Below, one piece after another: positions 29,175-37,878 of a stretch of DNA of 64,000 nucleotides; within the stretch, counting starts at the first letter, position 1; each line of letters begins with the position of its first letter. The stretch is from a phage. Under the pieces are notes generated by a model. It was given only the letters and a program-made list of their open reading frames with translations, made no database searches and was not told the DNA's origin. The position numbers and the translations under genes are program-made. The stretch is taken from NCBI GenBank assembly GCA_011911785.1, contig GCA_011911785.1_4084.1. One strand, given 5' to 3'.

Positions 29175-29406
29175 TTTGTTATATTATAAAGTACTATCAG
29201 AATGTTTGACGGATATATTGTACCGTGAGAGTAATACTCTACGTGAAAAATATATTAACAAAAGAGTACGTTATAAATCATCTTATGATGGGATGAATGT
29301 TTATGGTAAAATCACTAATGTATATGTAGATGATGATTTTACATTGAATATCATTGTCGATAATTGTATTAGTATCTCAATTGATGATATTATTGAGGTA
29401 ATCTAA
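29134..29406 (+). CDS. hypothetical small protein, family B
   Basis: 90 aa; LREKYINKRVRYKSSYDG motif; start uncertain. Confidence 0.5.
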   Translation: MELGNTMKNNHSSDLLYYKVLSECLTDILYRESNTLREKYINKRVRYKSSYDGMNVYGKITNVYVDDDFTLNIIVDNCISISIDDIIEVI

Positions 29407-29717
29407 TGAATAAAGCATTAAAAGAACTTAATAATTTAATGAATGCAGAAATTGAATTAACTAATACTATTTCTGAAATTGTTCATGATATGATTACACA
29501 ATACAAGAAATCACTCATTGGTAAGAAAGTTGAATGCTGGGATTACAACACTAAAACATGGTTCGAAACTATCATTAGTGATGTTAATGTTAAATTTCAT
29601 GTAGTTACTCATCACATTTCTGACGAGTGCTATGTAGAAGTAACTATAGGACACAACACGCGACATGAACGTTTTTCGTGGTACAATCTAAAGAATGTGA
29701 AATTTATTGAGGATTAA
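29406..29717 (+). CDS. hypothetical small protein, family B
   Basis: 103 aa; QYKKSLIGKKVECWD motif. Confidence 0.6.
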   Translation: MNKALKELNNLMNAEIELTNTISEIVHDMITQYKKSLIGKKVECWDYNTKTWFETIISDVNVKFHVVTHHISDECYVEVTIGHNTRHERFSWYNLKNVKFIED

Positions 29718-30650
29718 ATGCCAACTATTACACTAACAGTTGGATTGCCAGGATGTGGTAAAACCACGTGGGCAGTGCAAGAAATTAAAAAAGCAAAGTC
29801 CAAGACTATCAACATCAACCGTGATGATATTCGAGAGTCTATGGCTGGGTCACATGATGCTTATAAATTCACTGATGCGAACGAGAAGTACGTAACTAAT
29901 CAACAGTTCAGTGCAGCAAACGCCGCAGCAGCGAATGGATGGAACATTATTGTGTCCGATACGAACCTGAAACAAGGTTTTCGTGATGAATGGAAACGTT
30001 GGGCTAAAGATAATGGTTATGATTACAAAGAAAAGAACTTCTATGATGATTTTGTGCCTAATGAAGACCGTGGTGCAGATGTTCATGAATTCTTTAAGAT
30101 TAAAGAGTTCGTAAAACTTTGTAAGAAATATAACCTCCAGCGTGAGCGTTCAGTTCAAGATGATATCATTGACACAATGGCAGATACGTACTATTATAGA
30201 AAGGCATTACACATTGGTTACTATGGTAATGCACGTGAAGCTGCTATCATTGTTGATATCGACGGTACTCTTGCTCATAAGTGGGGACGTAACCCGTTTG
30301 ATGAAAGTACTGTCCTTCAGGATACACCAGATGAAGAAGTAATTCTGTCTGTCATTGCTGAGGCTGTTTTCCATAAGCGTAAGGTAATCGTCATGAGTGG
30401 GCGTACTGAAGGGTGTCGTGCTGATACTGAACAGTGGCTTAAGAATTGGGGCATTCCCTACGATGTATTGTTAATGCGAGCTATCGATGATAAACGTCCT
30501 GATGATGTTGTCAAATTCGAGTTGTATATGAATAACGTTGTTAATCATTACGATGTTAAGAAAGTATTTGATGACAGGGCCGCCGTTGTATTCATGTGGC
30601 GTAAGCTACTAGGCTTGAAAGTATTTCAGGTGGAACCTGGACTATTTTGA
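29718..30650 (+). CDS. pseT: polynucleotide 5'-kinase / 3'-phosphatase (T4 PseT-like)
   Basis: 310 aa; P-loop GLPGCGKTTWA, NINRDDIRES, HAD-phosphatase DIDGTLA; aligns along length with remembered T4 Pnk. Confidence 0.9.
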   Translation: MPTITLTVGLPGCGKTTWAVQEIKKAKSKTININRDDIRESMAGSHDAYKFTDANEKYVTNQQFSAANAAAANGWNIIVSDTNLKQGFRDEWKRWAKDNGYDYKEKNFYDDFVPNEDRGADVHEFFKIKEFVKLCKKYNLQRERSVQDDIIDTMADTYYYRKALHIGYYGNAREAAIIVDIDGTLAHKWGRNPFDESTVLQDTPDEEVILSVIAEAVFHKRKVIVMSGRTEGCRADTEQWLKNWGIPYDVLLMRAIDDKRPDDVVKFELYMNNVVNHYDVKKVFDDRAAVVFMWRKLLGLKVFQVEPGLF

Positions 30651-30660
30651 TTATTACAAA

Positions 30661-30688
30661 GGGATCAGTACTGATCCCTTTTCTTTTA
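30661..30688 (+). terminator. rho-independent terminator
   Basis: Perfect palindrome GGGATCAGTACTGATCCC followed by TTTTCTTTT. Confidence 0.7.
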
Positions 30689-30702
30689 ATTTAGGTGATA
30701 TA

Positions 30703-30963
30703 ATGGATAATAGTTATGATGTACATTTCAAACAATGCCAGTTGGTTTTACACTCCCTAATGGAAGAGTTGCGAATCAAGTACATAGGCAAAATTGCTAC
30801 ATGTTTATCAACTGGAAGACGTGGGCAAATTGTAGAGATTTATTATTCTCCACTTAGTGATGAAATTAAAATAAAAGCTAAAATATTCCTAACTGGATCT
30901 AACGATTTCTTGGGTGAACATATGGTAAAAATTATCTCTGAATTATCTATATCGGATGAATAA
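30703..30963 (+). CDS. hypothetical small protein, family B
   Basis: 86 aa; LRIKYIGKIATC motif. Confidence 0.6.
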   Translation: MDNSYDVHFKQCQLVLHSLMEELRIKYIGKIATCLSTGRRGQIVEIYYSPLSDEIKIKAKIFLTGSNDFLGEHMVKIISELSISDE

Positions 30964-30965
30964 AC

Positions 30966-31232
30966 ATGAATATTAATATAGATTTCCAATTTGTTAATTC
31001 ACATATTCAAGTACTGAAAAATTTAGTAAAGCAACTATCAGAAAAATATAAAGATACATATGTTAAATGTGTCTATGATACAAGTGACTGGGAACGCATT
31101 ATTAAAATTGATTCAGTATATCTTGATACTAACAATAATATAGTTGTATCTGGCGTTGATATGTATGGGCATAGATACCAATTCACAACGCGAGCAACAA
31201 TAACTACTGTGGATGGATATGAATACGAATGA
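30966..31232 (+). CDS. hypothetical small protein, family B
   Basis: 88 aa. Confidence 0.55.
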   Translation: MNINIDFQFVNSHIQVLKNLVKQLSEKYKDTYVKCVYDTSDWERIIKIDSVYLDTNNNIVVSGVDMYGHRYQFTTRATITTVDGYEYE

Positions 31233-31518
31233 ATTCCAAGCATTATTGAAAACATTATATCTTCTTAAAGAAGAATCTCTTGCAATGTATAATGAAAAAC
31301 AATACAAGTTTGAAGAACAACTCATTCATTTTCATGATGAATATCTTGACTTTTTGAATAAAAAATACTCAAATGTTCAGTGCAAATATCGAGGTAGTGA
31401 TGTTATTATTACCAAAATCGAATCCAGTACTTACGGATATCCATACCTTTGTTGCAAATATATCCCAAGTAATATAACATTTCGCTCAAGAATGTATTCG
31501 AGGTTTATTTTTTCATGA
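31213..31518 (+). CDS. hypothetical small protein, family B
   Basis: 101 aa; start 31213 or 31219. Confidence 0.5.
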   Translation: MDMNTNEFQALLKTLYLLKEESLAMYNEKQYKFEEQLIHFHDEYLDFLNKKYSNVQCKYRGSDVIITKIESSTYGYPYLCCKYIPSNITFRSRMYSRFIFS

Positions 31519-31796
31519 ATAATGATTCATTGAAGTTTTTTTATTATCATTATCGTATTTTACGTAGTTTATATTTTTCAGAATCCGATGAAAGATTACT
31601 AACATCATTATCAGTACTGATGGATAATTACGAGAACGAATTATCAAAAGTGGTTTTTGGTGTCAATGTTCTAGATGATACCGATTTAACATGGACAATT
31701 ATTGAAGTGGCGACCTGGAATGGTAATATTTTGTACAGGTGCGAACGAGCAGGTTTTTTATGGGATGCAACATATGACGAGATTAGAATTGTATGA
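31515..31796 (+). CDS. hypothetical small protein, family B
   Basis: 93 aa. Confidence 0.55.
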   Translation: MNNDSLKFFYYHYRILRSLYFSESDERLLTSLSVLMDNYENELSKVVFGVNVLDDTDLTWTIIEVATWNGNILYRCERAGFLWDATYDEIRIV

Positions 31797-32073
31797 CAGG
31801 CAAGTGAAATTGATAAGAGATACTCGTCGTTTCTTTCATACTCAATTAGTAGACCCATGTTATGATATTTCCGATTTCCTTGAAACCTATCTCCTTGATC
31901 TAACTACACCACTGCTTAAAAAATACGTAGGCACAAAAGCTATATATCTTGGAAGAGAAGTTGAAATTACCAACATATCATATTCTTATGGGGCATACAT
32001 GTATACGGCAAAATCTGATAATGGACAAAGATATTATGCAATACGATCAAGAGAACTTACGATTATTGGATAG
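31771..32073 (+). CDS. hypothetical small protein, family B
   Basis: Start uncertain (track 31702; internal ATG 31771 chosen); LLKKYVGTKAIYLG motif. Confidence 0.45.
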   Translation, partial: HMTRLELYDRQVKLIRDTRRFFHTQLVDPCYDISDFLETYLLDLTTPLLKKYVGTKAIYLGREVEITNISYSYGAYMYTAKSDNGQRYYAIRSRELTIIG

Positions 32074-32365
32074 GCATCTTGCTATTCTTATCGACCTTGT
32101 GATGAAAAGTGATGTAAAAATTTTTGAAAGTAGATTTCTTGAGGATTATAAAACACAATTACAAGAACTGTACAAAGGTAAAAAAGTATTACTTAGTACT
32201 GGTGACTATGGTAAAATTGAGTACGTGTATTATGAATGGAAAAAGGTTATATATTTTATAAAAACCAAAATAAAATACCAAAATAAAACAAGAACCTATA
32301 AAGCATATTACGATTCAAATGAGATAGAGATTATATATGACCAACACGTTAATAACAAAAAGTGA
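32038..32365 (+). CDS. hypothetical small protein, family B
   Basis: Start trimmed to ATG 32038; ELYKGKKVLLSTGDYG motif. Confidence 0.45.
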
Positions 32366-32660
32366 ATTAGATTATTTGAATTATATAAACAGATACTTTC
32401 TGATTCTATATAATATACTTCTTGAAGAACAATGCACTAAATCAAACCATCAGTTATATAACTATATTAACTGTATAATTAGTGAAATATATGAATCATT
32501 GGAAAAGAGATTTAAGTACAGAACTATTAAGTGCGAAGATGATATTGTATATATTCATGGTGTTTTTGGTACAGGATATGGAATATTCGTTGATTATAAA
32601 ATACACCCATTTGATCCGTACATAGAAAATAGTATGTACATAGAAGAGATTGAACTATGA
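32337..32660 (+). CDS. hypothetical small protein, family B
   Basis: 107 aa. Confidence 0.55.
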   Translation: MTNTLITKSELDYLNYINRYFLILYNILLEEQCTKSNHQLYNYINCIISEIYESLEKRFKYRTIKCEDDIVYIHGVFGTGYGIFVDYKIHPFDPYIENSMYIEEIEL

Positions 32661-32974
32661 CACAAGAAGAATATAATAAATTAATAATGTACGAGAATCA
32701 TTTTAATTATTGTCTGAAATGGTTATTGTACATTGATAACGTTGAGATGGATATGTACAGAAAAGAGGTGAATAAACGTGTTAAAGATTTCTATTACGAA
32801 TTGACTGATCTTTTTTATAATAATGTAGTATATGAAGCAAATACCAGTCGTGATTATGACCTTTATATCAAGCAAATATGGGGTACTGACTACGGTCTGA
32901 TGATTGATTGCAGTACTGGTCCTAATATAGACAGACCCAGTACTACATTGTATCTGGATGAGATTTTCATATGA
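32657..32974 (+). CDS. hypothetical small protein, family B
   Basis: 105 aa. Confidence 0.55.
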   Translation: MTQEEYNKLIMYENHFNYCLKWLLYIDNVEMDMYRKEVNKRVKDFYYELTDLFYNNVVYEANTSRDYDLYIKQIWGTDYGLMIDCSTGPNIDRPSTTLYLDEIFI

Positions 32975-33273
32975 ATGAACTATTACTTTGTCATAAAACA
33001 TACATTATGCTATTCAGAACGTGCCATGATATGCGAATTGAAGGTATACTAGACTACCCAACTATGATGATTAACTTCAGGGTGTTAATGGATTCATATT
33101 CACAATCTGTCATTGATGCATTTGAAGGTAGAGAAATAAAGTTCAAAAATGCCAGGACAAATAATGAGCTATGTGATACAATTAAATCAGTGGGGATTTC
33201 GGTTCCAAATGTGTACGTAATCCCATTGATGTACGGAAAAGTAGTATCCACTAACGAAATTATTAGTATATGA
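32971..33273 (+). CDS. hypothetical small protein, family B
   Basis: 100 aa. Confidence 0.55.
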   Translation: MNELLLCHKTYIMLFRTCHDMRIEGILDYPTMMINFRVLMDSYSQSVIDAFEGREIKFKNARTNNELCDTIKSVGISVPNVYVIPLMYGKVVSTNEIISI

Positions 33274-33569
33274 TTAAAACATTATATGAAGCAGAAGAAA
33301 CATATAAACTTCTGTGGGAAACTTTTATTTTTGACAAATACTATAATAGAACTGAATGGTTAGAGGTAAGTAAAATATATCTTCAAATTTTAAATGATTA
33401 TTTTTGTCCGTTAGTTGCTGAATGTAAAAATAATCCAATTGAAGAAATTAATATAATCGAAATAGTAGATGGGTTTGGTGCGTGGTTGATATACCAAGAC
33501 AACTATCACTTTTCTAATTATATCGAAGATATCGGTAAAATAACTGTAATTAAAGGAGTCATACTATGA
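33270..33569 (+). CDS. hypothetical small protein, family B
   Basis: 99 aa. Confidence 0.55.
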   Translation: MIKTLYEAEETYKLLWETFIFDKYYNRTEWLEVSKIYLQILNDYFCPLVAECKNNPIEEINIIEIVDGFGAWLIYQDNYHFSNYIEDIGKITVIKGVIL

Positions 33570-34180
33570 TTTATGCACTATACGTACTATACGTACTTGG
33601 TCTGGTTATTGGTTGGTTTTTGGCAAAATCTTACAACCGTAATGCACTGGCATACACAGTATTTGGTATTATTTTTACGCCAGTACTAGAACTAGGTTTA
33701 CTCATTATTATGGGTCGCCGTGACATGACACCAGTCATTGACGATAATCGTGATAAAGCAGTACATGATGTACCAGTTTTTGAAGGATATACGCCAACTT
33801 TAACAGTTGATGACGTTTACATTGATGGTGCTGAAGAAGTTAAATCAGTTCAGGAAGAAGTTGAAGAAGTTCCAGTAAAAGAAGAACCACAACCAAAAGC
33901 ATCAACAACTAAAACAAAAGCAAAAACTTCTAAGAAAACAAAAGGTCGCAAGACTAGCACTAAAAATACCAAAAAAACCAGTACAACTCGCAAAAGCACT
34001 AAAACTGATAAGGAAGCATCTTCCAGTACTACCAGTACTGATGATGGTACAAGCACTGTTCTACTGACAGCAGCAACAACTGCCGCAATTATCAGTACTT
34101 CATCCTATAGCGACTCATCTTCCTCTTATGACAGTGGCTCTTGTGATAGTTCAAGCTCAAGTTCAGGAAGCTGTGATTAA
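33566..34180 (+). CDS. membrane protein with Lys/Thr/Ser-rich low-complexity tail
   Basis: 204 aa; two N-terminal hydrophobic helices; KASTTKTKAKTSKKTKGRKTSTK and Ser-rich C-terminus. Confidence 0.6.
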   Translation: MIYALYVLYVLGLVIGWFLAKSYNRNALAYTVFGIIFTPVLELGLLIIMGRRDMTPVIDDNRDKAVHDVPVFEGYTPTLTVDDVYIDGAEEVKSVQEEVEEVPVKEEPQPKASTTKTKAKTSKKTKGRKTSTKNTKKTSTTRKSTKTDKEASSSTTSTDDGTSTVLLTAATTAAIISTSSYSDSSSSYDSGSCDSSSSSSGSCD

Positions 34181-34524
34181 TGGTTCCGTTATCATCTGAA
34201 CTAAGGTACTTCGAATCTCTCCTTGATCTTCAATCAGAATTCGTTAGTACCTTAAAAAATAAATTAATAGGCAAAAAAGTAAAATTCACTCAAGAGTATA
34301 TTGACCACATCAATAAGGCTAAGGAGGATGAAGTAGATTCTGACTGGATTTATTGTGATGATGAAGCTTCTCATATCAACGAAAATACAGTTATGTTTAT
34401 TACTTTGTTGCGAGTAAAGAATTCATCAATCTATGTTGATGTTGAATATGAAAATCCAAAAAGTTCTGAATGGTACGGATTCACTTACCGTTTAGATCGT
34501 TTAGAACTAATAGAAGAGGAATAA
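34180..34524 (+). CDS. hypothetical small protein, family B
   Basis: 114 aa; LKNKLIGKKVKFTQ motif. Confidence 0.6.
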   Translation: MVPLSSELRYFESLLDLQSEFVSTLKNKLIGKKVKFTQEYIDHINKAKEDEVDSDWIYCDDEASHINENTVMFITLLRVKNSSIYVDVEYENPKSSEWYGFTYRLDRLELIEEE

Positions 34525-34767
34525 ATGATTTTATTTTTTGCTTTGTATGGTGTAGGAGTACTGAGTACATTTATCAGTACTTTTCTTATCATCAATTGGG
34601 GTTCTTTTAAAGATACCCCTACCACAATGATTAATATTAGTACCTGCTCTATGTTATCAGTACTGTGGCCTGTGTCGTTGGTGTATCTTTTCATTTCAAT
34701 CTGTAAAGATTTTTACGATACACTAACAAAATTCAAGAAGAAGAAACATGACAAAGACGGAAATTGA
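34525..34767 (+). CDS. small membrane protein
   Basis: 80 aa, two hydrophobic helices. Confidence 0.5.
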   Translation: MILFFALYGVGVLSTFISTFLIINWGSFKDTPTTMINISTCSMLSVLWPVSLVYLFISICKDFYDTLTKFKKKKHDKDGN

Positions 34768-35002
34768 ACAGTTAAAGATGTTACAATCGTTATCTGATGA
34801 TTTTGTCCAACGTGCTAAGCACAAATATATTGGTCAAGAAATTCTTCTTAAACACTCCAGAGGTTGGCAAAAAATATGCATAAGAGATATGGGAACATAT
34901 TATGGTGATGTGCGATATTACGTAGATTGCTATGTTAATGACCAAATTGCCAATACTCAAGTTGTCACCTATGATAAAATTATATGGATTAAAGAACAAT
35001 GA
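34748..35002 (+). CDS. hypothetical small protein, family B
   Basis: 84 aa; RAKHKYIGQEILLK motif. Confidence 0.6.
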   Translation: MTKTEIEQLKMLQSLSDDFVQRAKHKYIGQEILLKHSRGWQKICIRDMGTYYGDVRYYVDCYVNDQIANTQVVTYDKIIWIKEQ

Positions 35003-35742
35003 AACATTTCTTAGAAGTAACAGTTCCTGATGAAAAAGATTTGTATATAGTAGGAGACATTCACGGTAATGCAAAACTATGGGAACATACCAAGAAAGAA
35101 TTTGGTATTACTCCTGAAGATTATGTATTCAGTTTAGGCGATTTAATTGACAGAGGTGAGCAAAGTGCTCACCTTTTGTTTGAGTTTTTATTCGCTGAGA
35201 ATCGATATATGATCATGGGCAATCATGAATCGATGTGTGTTGATTCTGCAACTCATCGTGACTGGTATCATTGCTGGACACAGAATGGGGGCGATAAGTT
35301 CCTGGAAGAAGTTGGTGTATCAGGAGTGGAATTCTTCCGTCAGTACTTGAACCAGCTACCTATGATTATCCAAATCAATCACAGAGGACTCAAGATTGGC
35401 CTCGTACATGCAAGTGTAGACCTTAAGCACACTGACTGGAATAAGTTCATTACTGGGACAAAATCAATGTCCAATGATACAATTGAGTCATGCCTATGGG
35501 ACAGAAAGACATTTGATTTCTGTAAAGCCAACAACGTCTTTAATGCATCACGTATTACCAACGTAGATTATGTACTTAGTGGGCATACTGCCGTGTTTGA
35601 TCCCCTCATTTATGGTAACCGTATCTGGATTGACAGTCAGTTTCTTACTGGTGATTTGACTATTGCTACCCCACAAGGTGGTAAGATGCGTTATTTGCGT
35701 AAAGAAAAAGACGAATATTCATTTAGTCGATTCAAAAGGTAA
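34999..35742 (+). CDS. serine/threonine protein phosphatase (lambda-PPase / calcineurin-like metallophosphoesterase)
   Basis: 247 aa; GDIHGN, GDLIDRG and GNHE metallophosphatase motifs in canonical order. Confidence 0.85.
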   Translation: MKHFLEVTVPDEKDLYIVGDIHGNAKLWEHTKKEFGITPEDYVFSLGDLIDRGEQSAHLLFEFLFAENRYMIMGNHESMCVDSATHRDWYHCWTQNGGDKFLEEVGVSGVEFFRQYLNQLPMIIQINHRGLKIGLVHASVDLKHTDWNKFITGTKSMSNDTIESCLWDRKTFDFCKANNVFNASRITNVDYVLSGHTAVFDPLIYGNRIWIDSQFLTGDLTIATPQGGKMRYLRKEKDEYSFSRFKR

Positions 35743-35747
35743 TTATT

Positions 35748-36026
35748 ATGCATGACATGATTGATAGTGCATTAACCGAATTTAACTTTTTTAAAAAATC
35801 ACTCGATACAATAATCAATGATACCAACCAACAAATGAAAGACCATTTAAGTGATAAATTGGTTGGTCGTTGGGTTGAGCTACCATATATAGATGGAACT
35901 ACTGTTGGTGTGATTCATAGAATTGTAACAATTCATGAAGTGAAGGTGTATGTTGAAATTCTGGTTGACAATGAAACTAACAAATGTTTTGTACAATTAA
36001 GCACTGAAGATTTAACTTTTTTATAA
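35748..36026 (+). CDS. hypothetical small protein, family B
   Basis: 92 aa; LSDKLVGRWVEL motif. Confidence 0.55.
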   Translation: MHDMIDSALTEFNFFKKSLDTIINDTNQQMKDHLSDKLVGRWVELPYIDGTTVGVIHRIVTIHEVKVYVEILVDNETNKCFVQLSTEDLTFL

Positions 36027-36035
36027 GGATATAAA

Positions 36036-36263
36036 ATGAAAGTAATTTATGTTCAGGTTGAAAAATATCAAACTGAAGATGGTCGCATTTTTGATTCAGC
36101 TAAACAAGCTGAGCATCATGAACGTATTATTTCTGGTGTTCGTCGCATTTGTCCTAAATGTAACGGAACACAACAAGTTCCCGATGAAGAATTTCGTCGC
36201 TATTATGCATGTCCAGATTGTGATGGTAAAGGATATGTAGAAAAACAAGAGGTATGGAAGTGA
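36036..36263 (+). CDS. zinc-finger protein (DnaJ-type CxxCxGxG repeats)
   Basis: 75 aa; CPKCNGTQ and CPDCDGKG. Confidence 0.6.
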   Translation: MKVIYVQVEKYQTEDGRIFDSAKQAEHHERIISGVRRICPKCNGTQQVPDEEFRRYYACPDCDGKGYVEKQEVWK

Positions 36264-36673
36264 AACTATATTGCTTAACAAACATGTACTGTCAGGGTGT
36301 TCAGGCTGGCATTCAGGCATTTCATGCTGGTATTAAACTCGTCAAAGATTATGAAGGTTCAGTATTCAGTACTCTAATCGATGAATGGTATAATGAGCAC
36401 GAAACTATTGTAATTCTCAATGCTGGCAACCAAGATAAATTAACCACTCATTACGAGAATCTATCCAAACAGGGCAAGGTTCCATTTGCTAAATTCAATG
36501 AACCAGGTTTGAACGATACCCTCACTAGTGTAGCAGTACTATGCACTGAAGAAATGATTGATGACATGGCACTGATGCGTACTAACGACCCAATGACTGA
36601 TTTACAGCTATGTCACAAATACGGTCATATGTACGAAACACTAAAAGCTATGAGTACAATGAGGACTATTTGA
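36254..36673 (+). CDS. hypothetical protein
   Basis: 139 aa ORF. Confidence 0.6.
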   Translation: MEVKLYCLTNMYCQGVQAGIQAFHAGIKLVKDYEGSVFSTLIDEWYNEHETIVILNAGNQDKLTTHYENLSKQGKVPFAKFNEPGLNDTLTSVAVLCTEEMIDDMALMRTNDPMTDLQLCHKYGHMYETLKAMSTMRTI

Positions 36674-37869
36674 TGAATTTTCCTGAAAAGATTTTCGTCG
36701 CAAGACGTTTTGTTAGTGGGGATCAGGTTGACGGATATATTATCGACGCAACTAAAATGCACACTAAAGCATTTGAAACCAAGAAAGAACGTGTTGAGTA
36801 CTGGGCAAGAACCAATAATATGCCGTCACTTATACTCGACAATGAACCGAAAAAAGGTTTTGCTATTGTTCAAAAATTGATTCACAGTGGGCGTGATACC
36901 TATTTTGTTTGTCGTCACCCAGAAGGATTTGAGTTCAATATCACCGCAAACAATATGCTGGACTTAATCACACACAATGATATCGTTAATGGTGTATTCC
37001 AAGATGCTATGTTCTTTAATAATAATCTTGAACTCATCAATGGTAATACAAAAACATTTGCTAAGATGCAAGAGAAGCAAGAAAAAGCTGAAGAACGTAA
37101 AAGCGTTGTTGGTGAGTTGAAAGTTGGTGATGGATTCCTTTATAACAAAAAAGAGTACTACTATTGTGGTCGAGTTCATGCTCTTTGTTTGAAGAAAACT
37201 AAAGAATTCTCTTTACCTAACAAAAGTTCTTTCTATCATATGGTGTATTGTATCGCTGATGGTACATATGGTGTATGTGCAAGCCTTGACCGTTACGAAT
37301 TAACACCCAGAGCACTCCATAACGTTAAAACGACAATGGAAGCTGAAATTGTTAAAGCAAATGCGTATTTCAATACGTACCGAATGCGAACTGAGAACGC
37401 ATTAGGTGAATGCAATAGACCAGTACTGATCAGTACTAAATCATTTAAAAGTACTGATATGAAAGTAAAATACACTGAAATCACTAAAGACGTTCTTGTT
37501 AATGGTCGTTTCAATGAAAACGTATTATTCATGACTGAACAGAATGGTCAAAAATATCGTGTATTCTTTGGTATTTCAGATAACAACAGCAGAAATTCCT
37601 ATGGATATTATCGCCATGATTATTCTATAGCGTACAAGGGTGATTTTGAAAAATACTGCGGATACCCAGTGGAAGTTGATGCGAATGGTGTAATGTCAAT
37701 GGATGTTGATATCGATAAACATACATCTTTCAATACATGGCGTGGTTATAATTCACCTTTCTATCCACCGACCAAACGATATAGTAATAATTCATCAGAA
37801 TCTAATAAAAAAACTATGGTTCATATTAGCACTGACTGTCCTATTTTTTATGGAACCTATTATCTATAA
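36670..37869 (+). CDS. hypothetical protein
   Basis: Start moved to ATG 36670 (ATGA overlap with upstream stop); about 400 aa. Confidence 0.6.
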   Translation: MMNFPEKIFVARRFVSGDQVDGYIIDATKMHTKAFETKKERVEYWARTNNMPSLILDNEPKKGFAIVQKLIHSGRDTYFVCRHPEGFEFNITANNMLDLITHNDIVNGVFQDAMFFNNNLELINGNTKTFAKMQEKQEKAEERKSVVGELKVGDGFLYNKKEYYYCGRVHALCLKKTKEFSLPNKSSFYHMVYCIADGTYGVCASLDRYELTPRALHNVKTTMEAEIVKANAYFNTYRMRTENALGECNRPVLISTKSFKSTDMKVKYTEITKDVLVNGRFNENVLFMTEQNGQKYRVFFGISDNNSRNSYGYYRHDYSIAYKGDFEKYCGYPVEVDANGVMSMDVDIDKHTSFNTWRGYNSPFYPPTKRYSNNSSESNKKTMVHISTDCPIFYGTYYL

Positions 37870-37878
37870 GGGAATATA

